Of a DNA stretch of 64,000 nucleotides, positions 60,810 to 64,000 are shown piece by piece. Below the pieces are notes generated by a model. The model did not search any database. It was not told where the DNA came from and was given only the letters and a program-made list of their open reading frames with translations. This DNA comes from Blastocladiella emersonii ATCC 22665 (Eukaryota; Fungi; Blastocladiomycota). Where the stretch lies: contig JANHCV010000005.1 in the NCBI GenBank assembly GCA_025594325.1, positions 186,001 to 250,000 on the forward strand. Direction: 5' to 3'. The first letter of the stretch is position 1, and each line of letters begins with the position of its first letter. Made by a program: the position numbers and the translations under genes.

Positions 60810-61958
60810 TTACATGGCGCACGCCATCTCGGCCAGCTTGAGCGCGCCCTCGCGCGTCTTGTGGCCGCCAATGAACCCGGACGCGTGGATGAACACGCCG
60901 CCGGGGACGCCCGTGACCGCGTCGAGCGCCGCGTCGCGCAGCCCGCGCCACGCCGCCGGCAGCGGCTTGCGGTTCTCAAACGACCCGGGCGCCAGCGGCA
61001 CCGCCTGGATCCGCCACCCGGCCGACGCGTCCGGGAACACCGTGTACAGGGGCAGGCCCGCCGGGATCGCGGCGCCCTCGGCCAGCGGCGCCGACACGCA
61101 CGCCGTGTCCACCTTCTCCTCGGCCTCGAGCGACTCGAGGTGGTCCTTCCACGGCACGTACGTCTCGAACACGACCACGTGCCCGTGCGCCGCGTGGCCC
61201 GCGGGCCAGGCGCCGCCGTTCGCCGCGAACCGGCCGACCAGCACCGCACGCACCGTCTCGCGCGCGGGCAGCCACGCCTTGCCCAGGTACAGCGCCGTGC
61301 GCTCAAAGTGCGACCCGACCGTCGCCATGGCCACCTTGAACTGCGCGTCCACCTCGAGGTCCGTCTCGTTCCAGAACGGGTTGAGCTTGGCGACAATCGA
61401 CGACAGCGTCGTCGCGTCCTTGTACGCCTCGGGCGTGCCGCGCGGGAACCGGGACACGCCGTTGTCGATGCCGTCGAACGCCTCGATCAGCTCTTCGTAC
61501 AGCTTCCAGTACACGGTCCCGACGCCCGCGTCCGTCTCGGCCAGGTTGAGCAGCTCGCCGAGGATCCGCTTGCCGAAGTGCTTGTACACGAGGCCCGCCG
61601 ACGAGAGCCGCGTCTTGTGCGCGGGCGAGAAGGTGTCGACAAACTCGCGCTGGTGGTGGTCGTACTTGTGCGCGGACGGGTCGTACACGGCACCCACGTC
61701 CACCAGCACGTCCGCCGTCGCCCACACGGCCGGGTCGCGGCTCCGCACAATCTCGGCGCCCTTGTACTCGGGCAGCAGCATCAGCATGTGGCACGCCAGC
61801 GCCTCGTCCGCGTGGAACGACCCGCTGTGCGTCACAATCGTCGCCTACACGCGGTGCATCATCCCTCGTCAGCATCCATCCGTGTTCATCATCGCGAGCC
61901 GTGGCGGGCATACATGGGTGCGCGTGCGCTTGTGCGAGGGAGACGTCGGGGTGGCCAT
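60810..61958 (-). CDS. MYG1: MYG1 family exonuclease
   Basis: THSGSFHADEALAC, VRSRD, DVGAVYD, YDHHQREF, LSSAGLVYKHFG, DGIDNGV, SFENRKPLP and FIHASGFIGG. One intron. Confidence 0.95.
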
Positions 61959-62340
61959 GGTGGTGAGGGGAACGCTGCGCAGAGAGCTTCGGTGCGGCGG
62001 GAGCGAGCAGAGTCGAGAAGGGGCCGATGCAAAGCGGCGGCGGCACGAGCTCGCCACGAGACGGACAGCCAGTTGACAACGCCACACCATCTCAGGTGAC
62101 GGGTAACCAGCGCGCTCATGGGAGAGAGCTGACCTGGCCGAGCCGGGCACGTTATTTCGTCTCCCTCCGCCGGCGCGGCGCGCGGGCCGGCGCCTTGCAT
62201 CAGCTGATGGACTCAACAACGTCGCTCCTGCGCCACCGCTGCCGATACCCCATGGATCAGACGCCCTAAAGCCGGCCCAGACCGCCTGCAACTGCACGAC
62301 CATACACTTGCTTGCCTCATAGAAGCAACCCCGCAACGCC

Positions 62341-63661
62341 ATGCAGCCGCAGCACGACCCCGCCCTCGCCCAGGCGGCCGGCCTGCACCCGTGGGTCATT
62401 GGTACCCGCTATCCACATCGCCCTGTGCTCACGGACCCGAGCTGACGCGCGCGGACCCACGCTCGCTAGACTCGATCGCCAACTGGTGCGAGTCCGATTT
62501 TGACGTGGTGTGGTTCATTGCCGAGTTCATCAACACGCTCAGCAACATCCCCATGATCCTGCTCGGGCTCTACGGCATGTACAACGCGCGCAAGTACGGC
62601 TACGAGGCCCGCTTCCTCCTCGGCTACGCCGCCCTTGCCTTCGTCGGGTTCGGGTCCGCCGCCTTCCACGGCTTCCTCACGTACCGCGCACAGTTGCTCG
62701 ACGAGACCCCCATGGTCGTCGGCACCTCGCTCTACATCTACGCTGCGTACGTGAAACCGTGGTTGTGCGACCCGCCGCGCGTGCTGACGCGGATCCCGCG
62801 AGCGCGTGTAGCTTCCAGCCGTGGCGCGCCCGCCCGCCCATGTGGCTCAACGCCATCATCTTCGGCGTCCCCGCGCTCGGCATCGCCGTGTACATTGTCA
62901 ACCGCGACGTCGACTTCTTCCAGACGCTGTACGGCAGCATGGCCGCGACCGTGACCGCGCAGATTGCATTCAACTCGCGCAACTACTTTGACCGTGCGCG
63001 CCGCGTCATCCGCGCCCCGGCACCCGCGGGCACCACCCCTGGCTCGCCGCACTCGACCATCACCGTGATCCCCGCGACGCTCGGCACCTGGCTCGTGACC
63101 CGCGGCATCGCGAGCTACCTGACGGGCTTCGCTTTCTGGATCGCCGACAACCTGCTGTGCTACTCGCACCTGATCCCGCTCAAGACCGCGCTCGGGTACC
63201 CGCTGCGCTTCGTCCTCGAGGGGCACGGGTACTGGCACCTGTTGTCCGGATACGGCACCTACCTCGTCATCACGTCCATGGTCGCTACCCGCGCCAACGC
63301 GCTCGCCCGCTCCCCGCTCGCTGCGCGTGCCCGCCGCATCGTCAAGGGCGGCGCAAAGGACGCGGCCGTCCGGTTCGACTACGCGATCATCCCCGTCGTC
63401 GTGCTCGGCGAGGAGGCCCGCGAGATCACGCTCGAGCAGGAGGTCGAGGCGTACGGCCGCGGCAAGGCGGAGATGCGCGACCACGCGGAGGGCACCGCCC
63501 GCCCGAAGCCCATCACGCGCCGCATGAGCAGCATCTCGCTTGCCGACTCGCAGGCCATGCTCCACAAGTCGCTCGCGGCGTCGTCGGTCGCAACGAGCGC
63601 GCTCGAGGAGACATCCGAGGTCACGCAGCGCGCGTCCCGGCGCACTCGCGACTCGTCGTAG
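62341..63661 (+). CDS. Alkaline ceramidase (CREST family, Ypc1/Ydc1/ACER3-like)
   Basis: NWCESDF...IAEFINTLSN, GFGSAAFHGFL, QLLDETPM and EGHGYWHLLSG. Two introns. Confidence 0.92.
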
Positions 63662-63692
63662 TACAGATATAGGGCTACGCTAATATATTAGT

Positions 63693-64000
63693 CTAGAACT
63701 CACCCCTCGCAGTCACCTCGAGATCCTCGAACCAGGGCTCGCCGCCGCCGTCGCGCTTGGCCTCCTCGATCAGGCGGAGCGCGGGCGCCATGACGGCCAT
63801 GCCCTTGCCCAGCACCATGGCATCGCCGCAGCACAGGTGGGCCTGGAACTCGTCGACCCACACAGCCTCGCAGTACCCGCACCCGACGAGGTACGCGCGG
63901 ACCTGCAGCCGCAGCATCGTGTCGAGCGAGGCCAGGGCGGCGGCGCACGTCTCGCGGTACCCGGCGGCGTTGAAGAAGAACCACGCGTGGTGCAGCTCGT
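63693..64000 (-). CDS. Partial (5'-truncated) hypothetical protein with a possible zincin motif
   Basis: The frame reads xAC-ELHHAWFFFNAAGYRETC...VWVDEFQAHL to a stop at 63693. Confidence 0.55.
   Translation of the reverse strand, partial: ELHHAWFFFNAAGYRETCAAALASLDTMLRLQVRAYLVGCGYCEAVWVDEFQAHLCCGDAMVLGKGMAVMAPALRLIEEAKRDGGGEPWFEDLEVTARGEF

Noticed and set aside
178-63672. Many long Arg/Ala/Pro-rich ORFs in the track (e.g. 178-2280, 4416-6335, 29649-32351, 31526-34090, 38515-40827, 55915-58329)
   Set aside because: Alternative-frame or antisense shadows of real genes, caused by scarce stop codons at very high GC.

Overview
Very GC-rich, gene-dense, intron-containing eukaryotic DNA. It looks like an early-diverging fungus, most plausibly Blastocladiomycota (inferred from class C GPCRs alongside a fungal-type housekeeping set and short GTACG/GTGCG...AG introns). 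About 24 protein genes can be supported: a pseudokinase/Sel1 protein, two class C GPCRs, SSH4-like, histidine acid phosphatase, NAF1, DNF1/2-type flippase, UMP1, a Tom5-like micro-ORF, ATX1, an integrase-H2C2-domain protein, GYP7, CWC23, RPA43, SEC17, QCR10, a GPI-anchored protein, a ParB/SerK-like protein, a CRZ1-like zinc finger, MYG1, alkaline ceramidase and several hypotheticals. One tRNA-Leu(UAG) sits in a lower-GC island. The main discoveries are: (1) a complete 321-bp miniature LTR retroelement (TRIM) with identical 59-bp LTRs, a half-tRNAiMet primer-binding site, a polypurine tract and a 5-bp target-site duplication; (2) a decayed tandem array built from the GYP7 3' end; (3) two class C GPCRs with unrelated ectodomains but similar PH-like tails; (4) a SerK/SbnI-like ParB enzyme; (5) a probably domesticated integrase zinc-binding domain. 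Most long ORFs in the supplied track are GC-driven shadow frames. Exon structures were reconstructed by eye, and family assignments rest on recalled motifs, not database searches.
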